DNA from: a virus
Lineage: Duplodnaviria > Caudoviricetes
DNA: 52,976 nt
IMG/VR virus record: IMGVR_UViG_3300032523_001138
Coordinates: 1 to 52,976 of that record
Strand: one strand, 5' to 3'
The first letter of the stretch is position 1, and each line of letters starts with the position of its first letter. Below, one piece after another: positions 34,265 to 44,677 of this stretch. The notes under the pieces were generated by a model that was given only the letters and a program-made list of their open reading frames with translations, made no database searches and was not told the DNA's origin. The translations under genes were made by a program, and so were the position numbers.

Positions 34265-35288
34265 AGAACGCAAGAACTACCGCGTAGATGTGGACGTGGG
34301 GTCCAAGTCATGGGCGGGGCGTATCCGGCACCGCGCTAGAGTCCTCGCGGAGCAGGTCGAGACCGGCTACCTCGAACTCGGGGAGATCCTCTATCGCATC
34401 TACGACGCGCCCGTGGACGGCGACCCGAAAAACGGCTCTGTGCTGGCGAAGTGGGGCTACAGCAACATCGGGGAATTCGCAGAGAAGGAGCTGTCCCTTC
34501 ACTACAAAAAGGCGCAGCGGCTGGTCCGCATTTTCTACCGCGTAGAGGTTGAACTGAACGGCCTCGGTCAGAACCCTGAGCTGAAGAGGCGCTTCATTCG
34601 TCTGGGGTGGTCCAAGGCCCGCGAGTTGGTCCGCGTCCTCACAACTGAGAACATGGTGGCTTGGATCGACCGAGCCGAGACGGTTAATTACACGACGCTG
34701 GTTGAAGTCATCAAGCGCGCAGTAGCGATAGACCAAGCCCGACAAATTCAGTCGGACCTTGCACGCCAACCCGACCCGATTGAGTTATCCAACGCGGTTC
34801 CTGCTGGTCTGCTCCCCGTCGAGACCTTGCACGAAGACCACGGCACAAGCCTTCAGGACAGTGCAAGCCCCTCGGCAGTGCGTCCCAGCACGCGCCCAGT
34901 CGGTGACTACGCAGACACTACCAGTGAAACCTTTGTGGACCGGAAGTGGGTCAGCAAGGTGTTCCAGCTGGAATCAGGGCAGGCCGAAACCGTGAACCTC
35001 GCACTCAAGCGTGCTCAGGAACTGATTGGTCAACACTCCAAAGCCCCTTCCACGCTCATCTCGCTCATTTGCCTTGAGTTCTTGTCTGGGGCGGATTGGA
35101 GCGGCACTTCCGTCGAACAGCGTCTTCGCTTCCTTGCCAAGATCGAGAAGTCGATTGGGCTTCGACTGGTGGTGGTCGACGATGATGACGAGGTGGTGTA
35201 CGGGCTGGGGGCACTCGCCGCCGCCGCTAAAGCAGCCCGAGTTCCCGCGACTGAAATTGTTGTATCCGAGAACAAGGCGGCAGAATGA
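34215..35288 (+). CDS. Phage hypothetical protein
   Basis: GGAGG before TTG 34215; protein-like throughout. Confidence 0.75.
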   Translation: MTNLLATLPATQNLPDEERKNYRVDVDVGSKSWAGRIRHRARVLAEQVETGYLELGEILYRIYDAPVDGDPKNGSVLAKWGYSNIGEFAEKELSLHYKKAQRLVRIFYRVEVELNGLGQNPELKRRFIRLGWSKARELVRVLTTENMVAWIDRAETVNYTTLVEVIKRAVAIDQARQIQSDLARQPDPIELSNAVPAGLLPVETLHEDHGTSLQDSASPSAVRPSTRPVGDYADTTSETFVDRKWVSKVFQLESGQAETVNLALKRAQELIGQHSKAPSTLISLICLEFLSGADWSGTSVEQRLRFLAKIEKSIGLRLVVVDDDDEVVYGLGALAAAAKAARVPATEIVVSENKAAE

Positions 35289-35506
35289 ACAATCCTTGGC
35301 CCATCACAGCCGACCTTCTCGCAGGGGAACTCAACCTGCTGCAATCCATCGTGGAGCGCTGGCGTGACCGATTCACGGACGAGAAGTGGCTACAGGATCT
35401 GGACGCCGAGCCAGAAGCGGAGCGCGACCAACTTTTCCATCAGTTTACCAACGAGATGAAGGTGGTCGCGTCTAAGAGCGCCACCCTCGTCGAAGTCATC
35501 CAGTAG
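35285..35506 (+). CDS. Hypothetical protein
   Basis: ATGA overlap with the upstream gene. Confidence 0.7.
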   Translation: MNNPWPITADLLAGELNLLQSIVERWRDRFTDEKWLQDLDAEPEAERDQLFHQFTNEMKVVASKSATLVEVIQ

Positions 35507-35514
35507 GACGCTCT

Positions 35515-37677
35515 GTGAATTCACCAGACACCAAGCCAGGTCGCATCGATCTCCGGCACATCCCGATTGACCTCATCCACCCCAACGCATGGAATCCCCA
35601 GGCGCAGGACGAGATCACCTTCCAGCGGCTCGTCGATGAGATTCGCGACGTGGGGTTCATTGACCCGCTCGAAGTGGTCCCGATGGACGACGGCACCTAC
35701 CGCATCATCGGCGGGGAGCACCGCTGGCAGGCTGCCAAGATCGTCGGTTTGGATGAGCTGCCCTGCGCAGTCCTCTCAGATGCCAAGTGGCAAGACGAAG
35801 ATCTGTGCTTCCCTGCCGGAACTCGTATTGAGACCCCTCAAGGTGGAGTCTCGATCGAGGTGGTGGAACCCGGTACTGAAGTTTTTGCAGCGGACGGAAC
35901 GGTGACGAGGTCAGTCGGCCTCATCGCACGAGAGTATGAAGGCGAGATGGTGGCGATCTACGCTGAGGGGCAAATCCAGCCTCTGGTTGCGACGTCCGAC
36001 CACCCTGTGTTTGTTCGACGCGGAGGCGAGATCATCATTGTCCGTGCCACCGACATTCAAGATTCTGATGCCTTGGTGGCTCCAACACTCCCGTGTCTTC
36101 TCGACGGATCTCTCCAAGGGAACCTGTCTGAAAAGGCACCATACGCATCGCCTTCAGTCCGTAGTCATGCGCTTGATGATGCCCAAGGAGACTGTAGTGT
36201 CCGAGGGTGCGCCAACTCTGACGTGTATGCTCACGGCATCTGTCGTCGCTGTTACGGGCGGTGGTACTATCGGTCCAAGATATCAAAGAGGGAGAACTTC
36301 CCCGACATTGCAAGTGGGACGCTGCTCTACAACGGCGTCGCCAGGGAGGTCTGCTCAATCGAGAGTTGCGCGAATCTTGTGCATGGAGACAAACTGTGCG
36401 GTAAGCACTATGGGGCTCGTCGACGACTCGGCTCCGAGTGGGAGCGACTCCATCGCGAAAGATTTCCCGGAGTTCCGGACACAGAGATCACACCCGATGT
36501 CGCGTGGGCGATTGGCTTCATGGTCGCCGAGGCACACGCCGGAGAGGCCGACGTGTCTGTTGTTCAGGTGGGAGCACGTCACCGTCTAGAACGTCTTCAA
36601 CGCTTCTGGGAACGACAAGGCGCACGAACCACGATCTACGATCGAGAGTCCCACTCCGAATTCGTCGCTTTCGGCATCGCAGCCAGCGAGTGGTTGTCAT
36701 CGACAATTGGGCACAGGTGTGCAGAGAAACGCTTTCCCCTCCAGATTCTTTTTCACAAAAATATGGAGATTCGTAAGCAAGCCCTCCGAGGATACTGCGA
36801 GGGGGACGGCCACAACATTCCGAAAGACACAACCAAGGAAAACTTCCACGAATCTTGGTGTGCCGCCACAACGTCAGAAGAGTTGGCAAACCAGCTGGGG
36901 TGGCTCCTCTACTCGTTGGGATACAGCTACGGTGTGGGTCATAAATCGCCGGAAGGAAACCGAAACCGCGTCTGGTCGTTGAGCTGGACTGCGTCGATTC
37001 CGGAACAGCGAGGTCCAGCAACGCAGCGCGCCAGCGGACATACTTGGTGGAAGCGTGTGAAGCACGTCGAGCGGTGGAATGATCATCTGACCGTTTACAA
37101 TCTTCAGACGGAACCAGCAGGGACTTTCGTTGCGAACGGTGTTGCGGTCCACAACTGCAAGTTCGTCACCGTTCGATTGAACGTGTTGAAGGGGAAAATG
37201 GACCCCGAAAAGTTCGCCAAGCTCTACGGGGAGATGGCGGAGAAGTACGGCGCCGAGGCTCTCCAGCAGCTGATGGGCTACGCCGACACGAAGGGTTTCC
37301 AGAAGATCGTCGGCGACGTGAAGCGCGGGCTGAAGAAGTCGCTGCCCAAGGAGCTGCAGGACGAGTTCGATGAGAAGGCGAAGGAGGCCAAGACGATCGA
37401 AGACCTCTCCAACATCCTCCAGCACCTGTTCGCCAAGCACGGGGACACGGTCAATCTGTCGTTCATGGTATTCTCGTTCGGGAAGCAAGAGCACGTCTAT
37501 TGTCAGATGAATCGCAATACCAAGAAGGCGCTCGACAAGGTGCTGGCCTATTGCAAGCACACCAATGAGGACATCAATGACTTTCTCGGACCCATCATCG
37601 AGGAGGCTGGCAAGCAGGCGCTGAGTGCTCTGGACAAATCAAAAGTGGCTGCTGCGAAAGTATCGCTAGACTCTTGA
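35515..37677 (+). CDS. ParB/Srx N-terminal domain protein with intein (270 aa spliced)
   Basis: IHPNAWNP, GFIDPL, IIGGEHRWQAA. Confidence 0.88.
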   Translation: MNSPDTKPGRIDLRHIPIDLIHPNAWNPQAQDEITFQRLVDEIRDVGFIDPLEVVPMDDGTYRIIGGEHRWQAAKIVGLDELPCAVLSDAKWQDEDLCFPAGTRIETPQGGVSIEVVEPGTEVFAADGTVTRSVGLIAREYEGEMVAIYAEGQIQPLVATSDHPVFVRRGGEIIIVRATDIQDSDALVAPTLPCLLDGSLQGNLSEKAPYASPSVRSHALDDAQGDCSVRGCANSDVYAHGICRRCYGRWYYRSKISKRENFPDIASGTLLYNGVAREVCSIESCANLVHGDKLCGKHYGARRRLGSEWERLHRERFPGVPDTEITPDVAWAIGFMVAEAHAGEADVSVVQVGARHRLERLQRFWERQGARTTIYDRESHSEFVAFGIAASEWLSSTIGHRCAEKRFPLQILFHKNMEIRKQALRGYCEGDGHNIPKDTTKENFHESWCAATTSEELANQLGWLLYSLGYSYGVGHKSPEGNRNRVWSLSWTASIPEQRGPATQRASGHTWWKRVKHVERWNDHLTVYNLQTEPAGTFVANGVAVHNCKFVTVRLNVLKGKMDPEKFAKLYGEMAEKYGAEALQQLMGYADTKGFQKIVGDVKRGLKKSLPKELQDEFDEKAKEAKTIEDLSNILQHLFAKHGDTVNLSFMVFSFGKQEHVYCQMNRNTKKALDKVLAYCKHTNEDINDFLGPIIEEAGKQALSALDKSKVAAAKVSLDS
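35806..37155 (+). mobile_element. Intein in ParB-like protein, 450 aa, LAGLIDADG plus two Zn-finger repeats
   Basis: CFPAGT...TSDHPV...VYNL...VAVHN|C; IGFMVAEAH and LRGYCEGDG motifs. Confidence 0.93.
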
Positions 37678-37726
37678 GGATGCGCTGGCGCTGGGATACG
37701 GTCGGCGTCTCAACACAGGAGTCCTG

Positions 37727-38497
37727 ATGCAAAGCCTCTCCGTTCTTGCCGCCCGAACCCGCGCACTCCTCGCAGAAGCCGCCAAATCCAAGGGGGTCAA
37801 GGATGCCTCCCCGAGCGAAGACATTGCTGGGGATGCACTCAAGGCGGCGAACGGTTTCCGTGAGGCAGTGAAAAGCGGGGACGACCTGGAAGAAGCCGCT
37901 ACGAATGTCGCAAAGTTTTCTGAAGCGACCGCAAGCGCTGACAACGATCTGGACTCCAAGCGGGGCGCACTGGACACCGAGTCCGCTTGCTTGAAGATGA
38001 AACACGCGGTTGACGGTATTTACAGTCCCTTTGCACAGGCACGCCAAGCTTTCTACTCACTCGCTCTGGCATGGGACCTCTACGAGAAAAACCCTTCAGG
38101 CGCGAAGAAATCCATCAGCACCGACATCAAGTCCGCGTCAGACAAGGACATCGCTGCTGGAATCGGCCATTCCGCCAAGAGTCTTGGGTTGTCGGTAAAA
38201 GACTTTCTGAACAAAGCCGCTCGCGCTCAGAAGCTCTTACGCGATGCAGCCAAAAAAGTGGGACTGGAAAAAGGCGAATTAACTGACTCTGAAAAGAAAG
38301 CAATTGTCGATGCGTGCTTCGATGCTCGCGACTCGGCCAATCCTCTCTTCGGTAAAACGCAAGGCATCAATCGTCGCGCTGTCGAGCTGATCGCTCGTGC
38401 TCGCGCCAAGGAAAAGTACGAAGCCAAGTCGAAGGGTGTCGAGATCGCCCTGTCTTGCGAAGATGACCCCGAATTCGGTGGTTACGAGATAGCTTGA
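37727..38497 (+). CDS. Ala/Lys-rich helical hypothetical protein
   Basis: AGGAG RBS; first gene of the cluster with the kinase genes. Confidence 0.75.
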   Translation: MQSLSVLAARTRALLAEAAKSKGVKDASPSEDIAGDALKAANGFREAVKSGDDLEEAATNVAKFSEATASADNDLDSKRGALDTESACLKMKHAVDGIYSPFAQARQAFYSLALAWDLYEKNPSGAKKSISTDIKSASDKDIAAGIGHSAKSLGLSVKDFLNKAARAQKLLRDAAKKVGLEKGELTDSEKKAIVDACFDARDSANPLFGKTQGINRRAVELIARARAKEKYEAKSKGVEIALSCEDDPEFGGYEIA

Positions 38498-38539
38498 GTG
38501 CCATATGGTCCGACTGGATATCGATCCTCTGAGGTATTC

Positions 38540-41500
38540 ATGCCGGATTCAGACTTTACGATCCCCTTGACCTTAGAGGGGGTGCTCTCCGTGACGGAGG
38601 CATCCGCCTTTCGGATCACGCCGACGTATCTCTATGCCTTCAAGTACAAGGGCGGGAACAAGAGCCTCGGCCTCGTTCCCGTCCACATCAAGCACCCGAA
38701 TGTCTCGAAGCACATCTTCGACCTCGTCGATCCTGAGCCAGGAACGCCTCTGGCCAACACGGTCATTGGTGAGATTCCGAAGCACTACAAGGCAGCCTCC
38801 GACCTCGTCCTGAAAGACACAACCAAGACACTGAAGGACGTGCTGACGAAGGACGGGGCGTCGGACGACGCGGAGCTGCTGCATCACCCGAAGTCGGCAC
38901 CTGCGCTCGTCCCACCCCCCGCCAACGCGGGTCTCGGGGGCGCACAAGCAGTGCCTCTGGATACATATCTCGGAGCAGTAGGCTTCGGCGTCTCAGCCGC
39001 AGCCATCATGCAGAACACGCAGATTACTTCCGTTCTGCTGAAGGTCTACGGAGCAAACTGGAAAGAGAAGGCCGCAGCGCTCGGCTTCGCTGTTCCCGGT
39101 CTGAATCCGGTTCCCCCGGAGGTGGCGAACGCGGCGAAGATACTCAAGTTCCCGCCGGGGTCGGAAGAGTTCAAGGCACTGGCTGCACTGCATGAGTTCG
39201 GGAACATGGTTGACGCTGTGGCGGAGGTGATCGGCGAAGATGCATTTGAGGAGGTCTTCGACAAGAAATACATGACCTTCGAGAAGGTCATCGCTCTCAT
39301 CAAGAAGGCAAAGCTTGCCACAGCGAACGAGGACGACGACGGCAACGTCACCGTGAAGTTCAAGCCGATGGCTGCATCGCCGATGCTTGTTCCGGCTCCG
39401 ACTCCTCCTGTGACTTCGGTTCCGCCACCCCCCGTCACCTCGGCCCCAGCCTCTGTTGCGCCACTGTCTGTGGCTGACCAATTCAGCGCCCACTGGAAGG
39501 CGGGGGCGCAGGCCAAAGACGCCCCTCAAAAGCTCACCGTCGGTTCGCCGCCCGTAGCTCCAGTCCCCCTTCCGACTTCCCCTCCGGCAGCCCCTCCCGC
39601 TCCCGCTCCAGCCTCACCGACGCCGACCGCAACACAGACCGCACCCATCACTTCGGGAGGTCTGGGCTTGCCTGCGATCCCTCCGTTGGCAACGCTTTCC
39701 TTTGCAGGTGACGCAAAGGGTACATTGAAAGGGTATCACCCGAAGTCCTTCCTCAAGGACGGAGCAGGAAACACTTTCTTGTTCAAACCCGAGAGCGTGT
39801 CGGCGGCGGCGGCGGCATCCGCACACGCGAACATCGCTGTGAAGGTTTTCGGTGCAGACAACGCAGTCCCCGTCGTCGCGGGTACCGTCGCAGGTGTCGG
39901 TACAGGATCGATCCAACCGATGATCCCGAACGTCAAGACCGACCTCAGCCAAGTCGATCTGACGACACTGACTCAGCCTCAGCTTGCTCGACTGATGCAG
40001 GAGCGCGTTCTCGATTGGGCCCTCGCCAGTCACGACACGAAGGCTGCGAACTTCCTGCTCACCACCGACGGCAACGTCGTCGGCATTGACAAGGACCAAT
40101 CCCTCAAATTCCTCGGCAAAGACAGCCTTGATACGACGTACAAGCCAAATCCGACGCCTCAGATTTATGGCGCGCTGTTCGACCTCTTCAAGAAGAAGAA
40201 GGTCGATCTGCCCGTCGGAGCCATGCTCCCAGCGATCAAGAAAATCGAGGCCATGTCCGACGATGGATGGTTGGCCAACTTCAGTTCCTACATTGACGCC
40301 GCTGCAAGCACACCGGCGCAGCGGACCAAGCTCAAGAAGGACATCCTCGTACGCAAAAAGAGCGTGCGGACAGACTTGGAAGCCTTCATCACTGGAGTCT
40401 TCCAAGCGCGCGGCGACATCGGCATGACCGACACGTTCGAGTTCGAGTCGGGTGTGGTTCACCCAAAGAAGAAGAAAGATCTCAGCGGCATCTCGACCCC
40501 TCCGATGGGGAGCATCCTGTCTCCTGCGAGTTTGCCTGCGCTGGGCACGCTCACCCCCGGCGGATCAGCTGGAGAGCTGGGAGGCGCAGGCGAGAAGTTC
40601 TTCTTCACAGGCCCGGACGGTAAGTACCTCGTCAAGCTCGCGCGCTCAAAAGACAAAACCATGATTCAGCCGACGCGGATCGCCGCTCAAGAAATCTTCT
40701 CGCAGCTCTCCAACGTCGTCCGGCCCGGGAAGTCGATTCCAATTGCGGACGTGCCCGGCGGCTACAAAGGGATCCCCGCAACGATCCAGCCTCTGCTTGC
40801 TCTCGGGAAGCCCAAGGATCTGAAAGGCACGACTCCCAGCTCCCTGAGCCTCTCGGAGAAAAAGGACGTCGCCGAGGAGCACGTTCTGGATTGGCTGACG
40901 TCCCAGCACGACACGCACGCCGCCAACCTTATGCGCCGCGCCGATGGAACCATTCTCTCCGTCGACAAAGAGCAGGGCTTCAAGTTCTTCATGCCGAACA
41001 CGAAGTGGTCGAAGACGGGCGATCAACTCGACGTCGACTACCACCCGAACGCAGCTTCGGGGGAGAATCCCCCGTTCTACAACGGCTTCTGGAAGGCGTT
41101 CGCCGACGGCTCGATGGACTTTGACCCCACCCAGATGAAGGACGTCGTCGACCGCGTCGAGGGGATCAAAGACTCCGACTACATCGCCCTGCTGTCGAAG
41201 TACGTTGAGAAGGCCGAGCTGAAAGACGACCCCCAGCAGGTCGCGGCTTTCATCGATCGCGCGCTCACGCGGAAGAAGAACATCCGCAAGGACTTCGAGG
41301 TTTTCATCGGTGGGCTCTACGCGAAGCGCCTGAAGAAGAAGAAAGGCACGTTCTCGTTTGCCGGTGGATGGAGCGACGGCACGAGCGTCTCTGCGTCTAT
41401 TGTGCCCCCTCCTGCCGTGTTGACCGGCCCCCAACCCTTGAAGGTGGTCGACCCGAACCAGACCGGAAAACTCGGGATGACCGGAGTGGAAATGGTCTCC

Positions 41501-43222
41501 TCCTCCTCCCCTCCGATCCCCCCTCCAGTCGCACCCCCGACTCCTCCCGGTTTCCCCGATCCGACTCCCGGCAACCAGTGGCAAGTCTCGTCTGCTGCAG
41601 CGATGTTCGGCCCCAACAGCCCCAACTTCTACAAAGTGAAGCCACCGAAGAATCTTGCGGACGAGACACCAGACCTGACCTCGGACAAAGTCGTCGTGAA
41701 GATGAAGGGCCTGACTCCTGAAAAGCTCGCGCAGGCTTTTGAGAAAACTGGGGTCACCCTCGCATCCGCGCCTGTGCAGAAAGACTCCTACACCTTGGCT
41801 GTGCTTCCAAAAACAGATTGGGAGAAGGCCAAGACCTCGAAGGAGATGATCGGGATTCAGGTTCCTCTTCCGACTCCTCCAGCCCCGAAGAATGGCATTG
41901 CGTCAATTCCGAAACCGGGTCAGCTGAAGAACCCGGTCCTCGAACGGTCCATCACCGAGGTCGATTTCCGCAAAGAGAAGATGACCTACGGGCAACCTGT
42001 GAAGGCTGATGGCGGGGGTGTCGAGGGACAGACCATCATGGTTCAGCGCCACACAGACAAGAAAGGGAAGAACTTCTACAGGTACCTGTTCAAGGTCCGG
42101 GCTCCATTCCTGAGCGGGTCCAAGAAGATTTTCACCGGCGGCACCCCTGGGTCTTTTGAGTTCACTCGGACGTCGTACGATCCGGCAACAGACTCCCTGA
42201 AGTGGACAGGGCCCGCCCAAGGGAAGACCGACCGGATCGGCGACACCTCGCAGTGGAAACAGGGGGACAGTGTCCTGAACGTGGCCAACCCGAAAGATGA
42301 CCGCTGGGCGCTCCGTGGTCGTGTGTGGGCGGATGTTTATCCGAAGGAAGGGGAAGACCCGAACGAAGCCTTCAAGAGCCTGCTGGACACCGCAGGCCCG
42401 AAAGTGGCGTCGACGATTCTGAAGCCGCCGACGGAAGCAGAGGCGCGTGTGATGAAGATGTCCGCGCTGCTCTGGAGCGCTTCGCCTCAAGAGGCGGACG
42501 GCTTGGCCGAAAGCAGCCGCACGGAGACCGAGCTGACCGCCCGCCTCAACAAACTCGGCTACTCGAAAGAAGACATTGACTCGATCCGTATGGAGCAGGT
42601 CGGACATGGAACCGCAGTTCCAGTACTGCCCGGACGCCACAAAAAGATCCTCGCCAACAACCCGAACCTCGCCTACGTCGCACACGGCTTCAGCAGTCCG
42701 GCGAATCTAGTGAAGATGCTCCGCACAGGCCCTGCTGGAATCATGGCTCGGCAGGAGATTGGGCTTCAGCCCAAAGGCACGTCGACATCCCCAGACTACT
42801 CCCCTGATCAAAACAGCGGCGGCGGCGACTACTTGTTCTTGAAGCCTGTGACTAAGTCGGAGGCGGGGGCTTTTGAGTGGGGCCAGCTTGAAGTGATTAT
42901 GGACCCCTCAGAATTGGATCGTCTTGATTTGTTTCGTGGAAACGCAAACGACCCGTATGGGAACGTCCACGAAACGTCTTTCGTTACACGAAAAACCTTG
43001 GAGAGCAGCAGCACAGCGACGACCGCAGAGATCGTCGCCAAACAGGGCTTCTCCCCGAACAAAATCCTAAAGATCCGGGCGGGATCTGAGTCGATGCGTC
43101 AAGACGCGTTGACCGCGCTGAAGGCGGCAGGGATTCAAGAGTTCAACGGTATGCCGATCGAAGACCTTGTGGTCCACACACCCGACTTCTACAAGAAACA
43201 GCTCGCTCCGGCAGGGTACTAA
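38540..43222 (+). CDS. Large multidomain protein: two HipA/PI3K-like kinase domains plus putative ART-like C-terminus
   Basis: LDWALASHDTKAANFL..GNVVGIDK and LDWLTSQHDTHAANLM..GTILSVDK; Pro-rich linkers; C-terminal YVAHG...GGGDYLF; GAGGT RBS (alternative GTG start 38498). Confidence 0.75.
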   Translation: MPDSDFTIPLTLEGVLSVTEASAFRITPTYLYAFKYKGGNKSLGLVPVHIKHPNVSKHIFDLVDPEPGTPLANTVIGEIPKHYKAASDLVLKDTTKTLKDVLTKDGASDDAELLHHPKSAPALVPPPANAGLGGAQAVPLDTYLGAVGFGVSAAAIMQNTQITSVLLKVYGANWKEKAAALGFAVPGLNPVPPEVANAAKILKFPPGSEEFKALAALHEFGNMVDAVAEVIGEDAFEEVFDKKYMTFEKVIALIKKAKLATANEDDDGNVTVKFKPMAASPMLVPAPTPPVTSVPPPPVTSAPASVAPLSVADQFSAHWKAGAQAKDAPQKLTVGSPPVAPVPLPTSPPAAPPAPAPASPTPTATQTAPITSGGLGLPAIPPLATLSFAGDAKGTLKGYHPKSFLKDGAGNTFLFKPESVSAAAAASAHANIAVKVFGADNAVPVVAGTVAGVGTGSIQPMIPNVKTDLSQVDLTTLTQPQLARLMQERVLDWALASHDTKAANFLLTTDGNVVGIDKDQSLKFLGKDSLDTTYKPNPTPQIYGALFDLFKKKKVDLPVGAMLPAIKKIEAMSDDGWLANFSSYIDAAASTPAQRTKLKKDILVRKKSVRTDLEAFITGVFQARGDIGMTDTFEFESGVVHPKKKKDLSGISTPPMGSILSPASLPALGTLTPGGSAGELGGAGEKFFFTGPDGKYLVKLARSKDKTMIQPTRIAAQEIFSQLSNVVRPGKSIPIADVPGGYKGIPATIQPLLALGKPKDLKGTTPSSLSLSEKKDVAEEHVLDWLTSQHDTHAANLMRRADGTILSVDKEQGFKFFMPNTKWSKTGDQLDVDYHPNAASGENPPFYNGFWKAFADGSMDFDPTQMKDVVDRVEGIKDSDYIALLSKYVEKAELKDDPQQVAAFIDRALTRKKNIRKDFEVFIGGLYAKRLKKKKGTFSFAGGWSDGTSVSASIVPPPAVLTGPQPLKVVDPNQTGKLGMTGVEMVSSSSPPIPPPVAPPTPPGFPDPTPGNQWQVSSAAAMFGPNSPNFYKVKPPKNLADETPDLTSDKVVVKMKGLTPEKLAQAFEKTGVTLASAPVQKDSYTLAVLPKTDWEKAKTSKEMIGIQVPLPTPPAPKNGIASIPKPGQLKNPVLERSITEVDFRKEKMTYGQPVKADGGGVEGQTIMVQRHTDKKGKNFYRYLFKVRAPFLSGSKKIFTGGTPGSFEFTRTSYDPATDSLKWTGPAQGKTDRIGDTSQWKQGDSVLNVANPKDDRWALRGRVWADVYPKEGEDPNEAFKSLLDTAGPKVASTILKPPTEAEARVMKMSALLWSASPQEADGLAESSRTETELTARLNKLGYSKEDIDSIRMEQVGHGTAVPVLPGRHKKILANNPNLAYVAHGFSSPANLVKMLRTGPAGIMARQEIGLQPKGTSTSPDYSPDQNSGGGDYLFLKPVTKSEAGAFEWGQLEVIMDPSELDRLDLFRGNANDPYGNVHETSFVTRKTLESSSTATTAEIVAKQGFSPNKILKIRAGSESMRQDALTALKAAGIQEFNGMPIEDLVVHTPDFYKKQLAPAGY

Positions 43223-43223
43223 A

Positions 43224-44663
43224 ATGCCTCTCAACTACAGCGGTGTTTACGGTGTCTCCAGTCCCGGCAGCGTGCTGGACGGAGCCCTTCTACGAGCGCC
43301 CTCCAAACAGCCTGAAGGCTGGGTGTTCTTCACCAGCGAGGACGCCCCCAAACCTGTGATCAGTCTGAACCTGTCCAACATCAAAGACGTCGCTGGTGGT
43401 GTTCAGGCGATCTGGGATCACACAGGCGAGACGCTGACCTTTCAGCCTATTTCCGTCGAGCACGCCCGAGAAAACGCGGAGTGGCTTGGGATCCCTTCCG
43501 ACGCAGTCGCTAGTTTGAAGTCGCCTGGGGATGTGTACATCTGGTTGCATCAGATGGTGGTGCCGGAATGGTACGAGGAGAGGTACGACCCAGCCTCGGC
43601 AACAGAGAGCATCGACGCTTTTGCTGTTGTCATTGAAGCGCGAGGCGAGGACGCTCCTGTCGGCACCGTTCATTTCTGGCCTTCAAAGGACGCTTGGTTC
43701 AAGAAAATGCCAGACAGTTCATGGTTCCACCTCAGCAGCGGCGCGGAATGGAGAGACTCGAACCCCGACCTGCCGACGGACACCCTCAAAGCGCACACCA
43801 CGCCGGACGGTGTGCTGTCGCCCGAGCGCCAGCGTCTCCACAAGACGATTTTGGATGGTGTCTTTCAAGGGAAGAAGCGCGTGCGGAACCCTGTAGCGAT
43901 CATCACAATGGGGCTCCCAGCCAGCGGGAAGAGCACATTGGCTCGCTATCTTACAGAAAATCCAAACGAGCTTGCCGTCCTCGATGCGGACGAACATCGG
44001 AAGCACATTCCAGAGTTCAAAGCGGCGGTAGACACGAAGGCTCGCAATGGGGCCATCATCACGCACAACGAGGTGTCGAACATCAACGACAGCGCCATCG
44101 ACCATGCGATGTCGGACGATCCTGAACACCCGGGCGAGTACTATCCCTTCCTGCTCGACGGTGTGGGCACCTCGACGGACTACTACCTCGGCGTCGTCCG
44201 AGAGGCGGTCAGGAAGGGCTACAACGTCAAAACCGTGCTGGCTCACGTTCGCGACACAGACCAGATGTCCGCCCTCGACACAGTCAGGATTCGCGCTGAG
44301 GACCGAGGGGTGCGCTTCGGACGATTCGTGAAGGCGGAAATCTTTGCATCTGCTCGCCCAAAACTTCCAGCGTCTTTCGCTACGGTGGCTCCTGAGGGAT
44401 CCTCGGCAGTCGTCTTCGATGTGACCGACCCGTCCGCGCCAAGGCAGATGATGGCGCAGGTCGGAACTACGAAGATTGGCAACCCAAACTGGATGGAAGA
44501 GGCGAGGAAGGAACAAATGACAACTGACGAGCTGGTCGCCCTATACACTGCTGCCACCAAGTGGGAAGCCGAACAGCTGGCGAAAACTCCGATCACGTTC
44601 AAGCCCGGCGAAGGCACTGAAGACCCAGGCATCGACGCGGTACCTGAAGCAAAGAGAAGCTGA
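43224..44663 (+). CDS. Zeta toxin-like P-loop kinase with N-terminal extension
   Basis: GLPASGKS, LDADEHRKHIPEF, HNEVS, LLDG, R..RFGRFV. Confidence 0.8.
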   Translation: MPLNYSGVYGVSSPGSVLDGALLRAPSKQPEGWVFFTSEDAPKPVISLNLSNIKDVAGGVQAIWDHTGETLTFQPISVEHARENAEWLGIPSDAVASLKSPGDVYIWLHQMVVPEWYEERYDPASATESIDAFAVVIEARGEDAPVGTVHFWPSKDAWFKKMPDSSWFHLSSGAEWRDSNPDLPTDTLKAHTTPDGVLSPERQRLHKTILDGVFQGKKRVRNPVAIITMGLPASGKSTLARYLTENPNELAVLDADEHRKHIPEFKAAVDTKARNGAIITHNEVSNINDSAIDHAMSDDPEHPGEYYPFLLDGVGTSTDYYLGVVREAVRKGYNVKTVLAHVRDTDQMSALDTVRIRAEDRGVRFGRFVKAEIFASARPKLPASFATVAPEGSSAVVFDVTDPSAPRQMMAQVGTTKIGNPNWMEEARKEQMTTDELVALYTAATKWEAEQLAKTPITFKPGEGTEDPGIDAVPEAKRS

Positions 44664-44677
44664 GGTCCGGCAGATTG

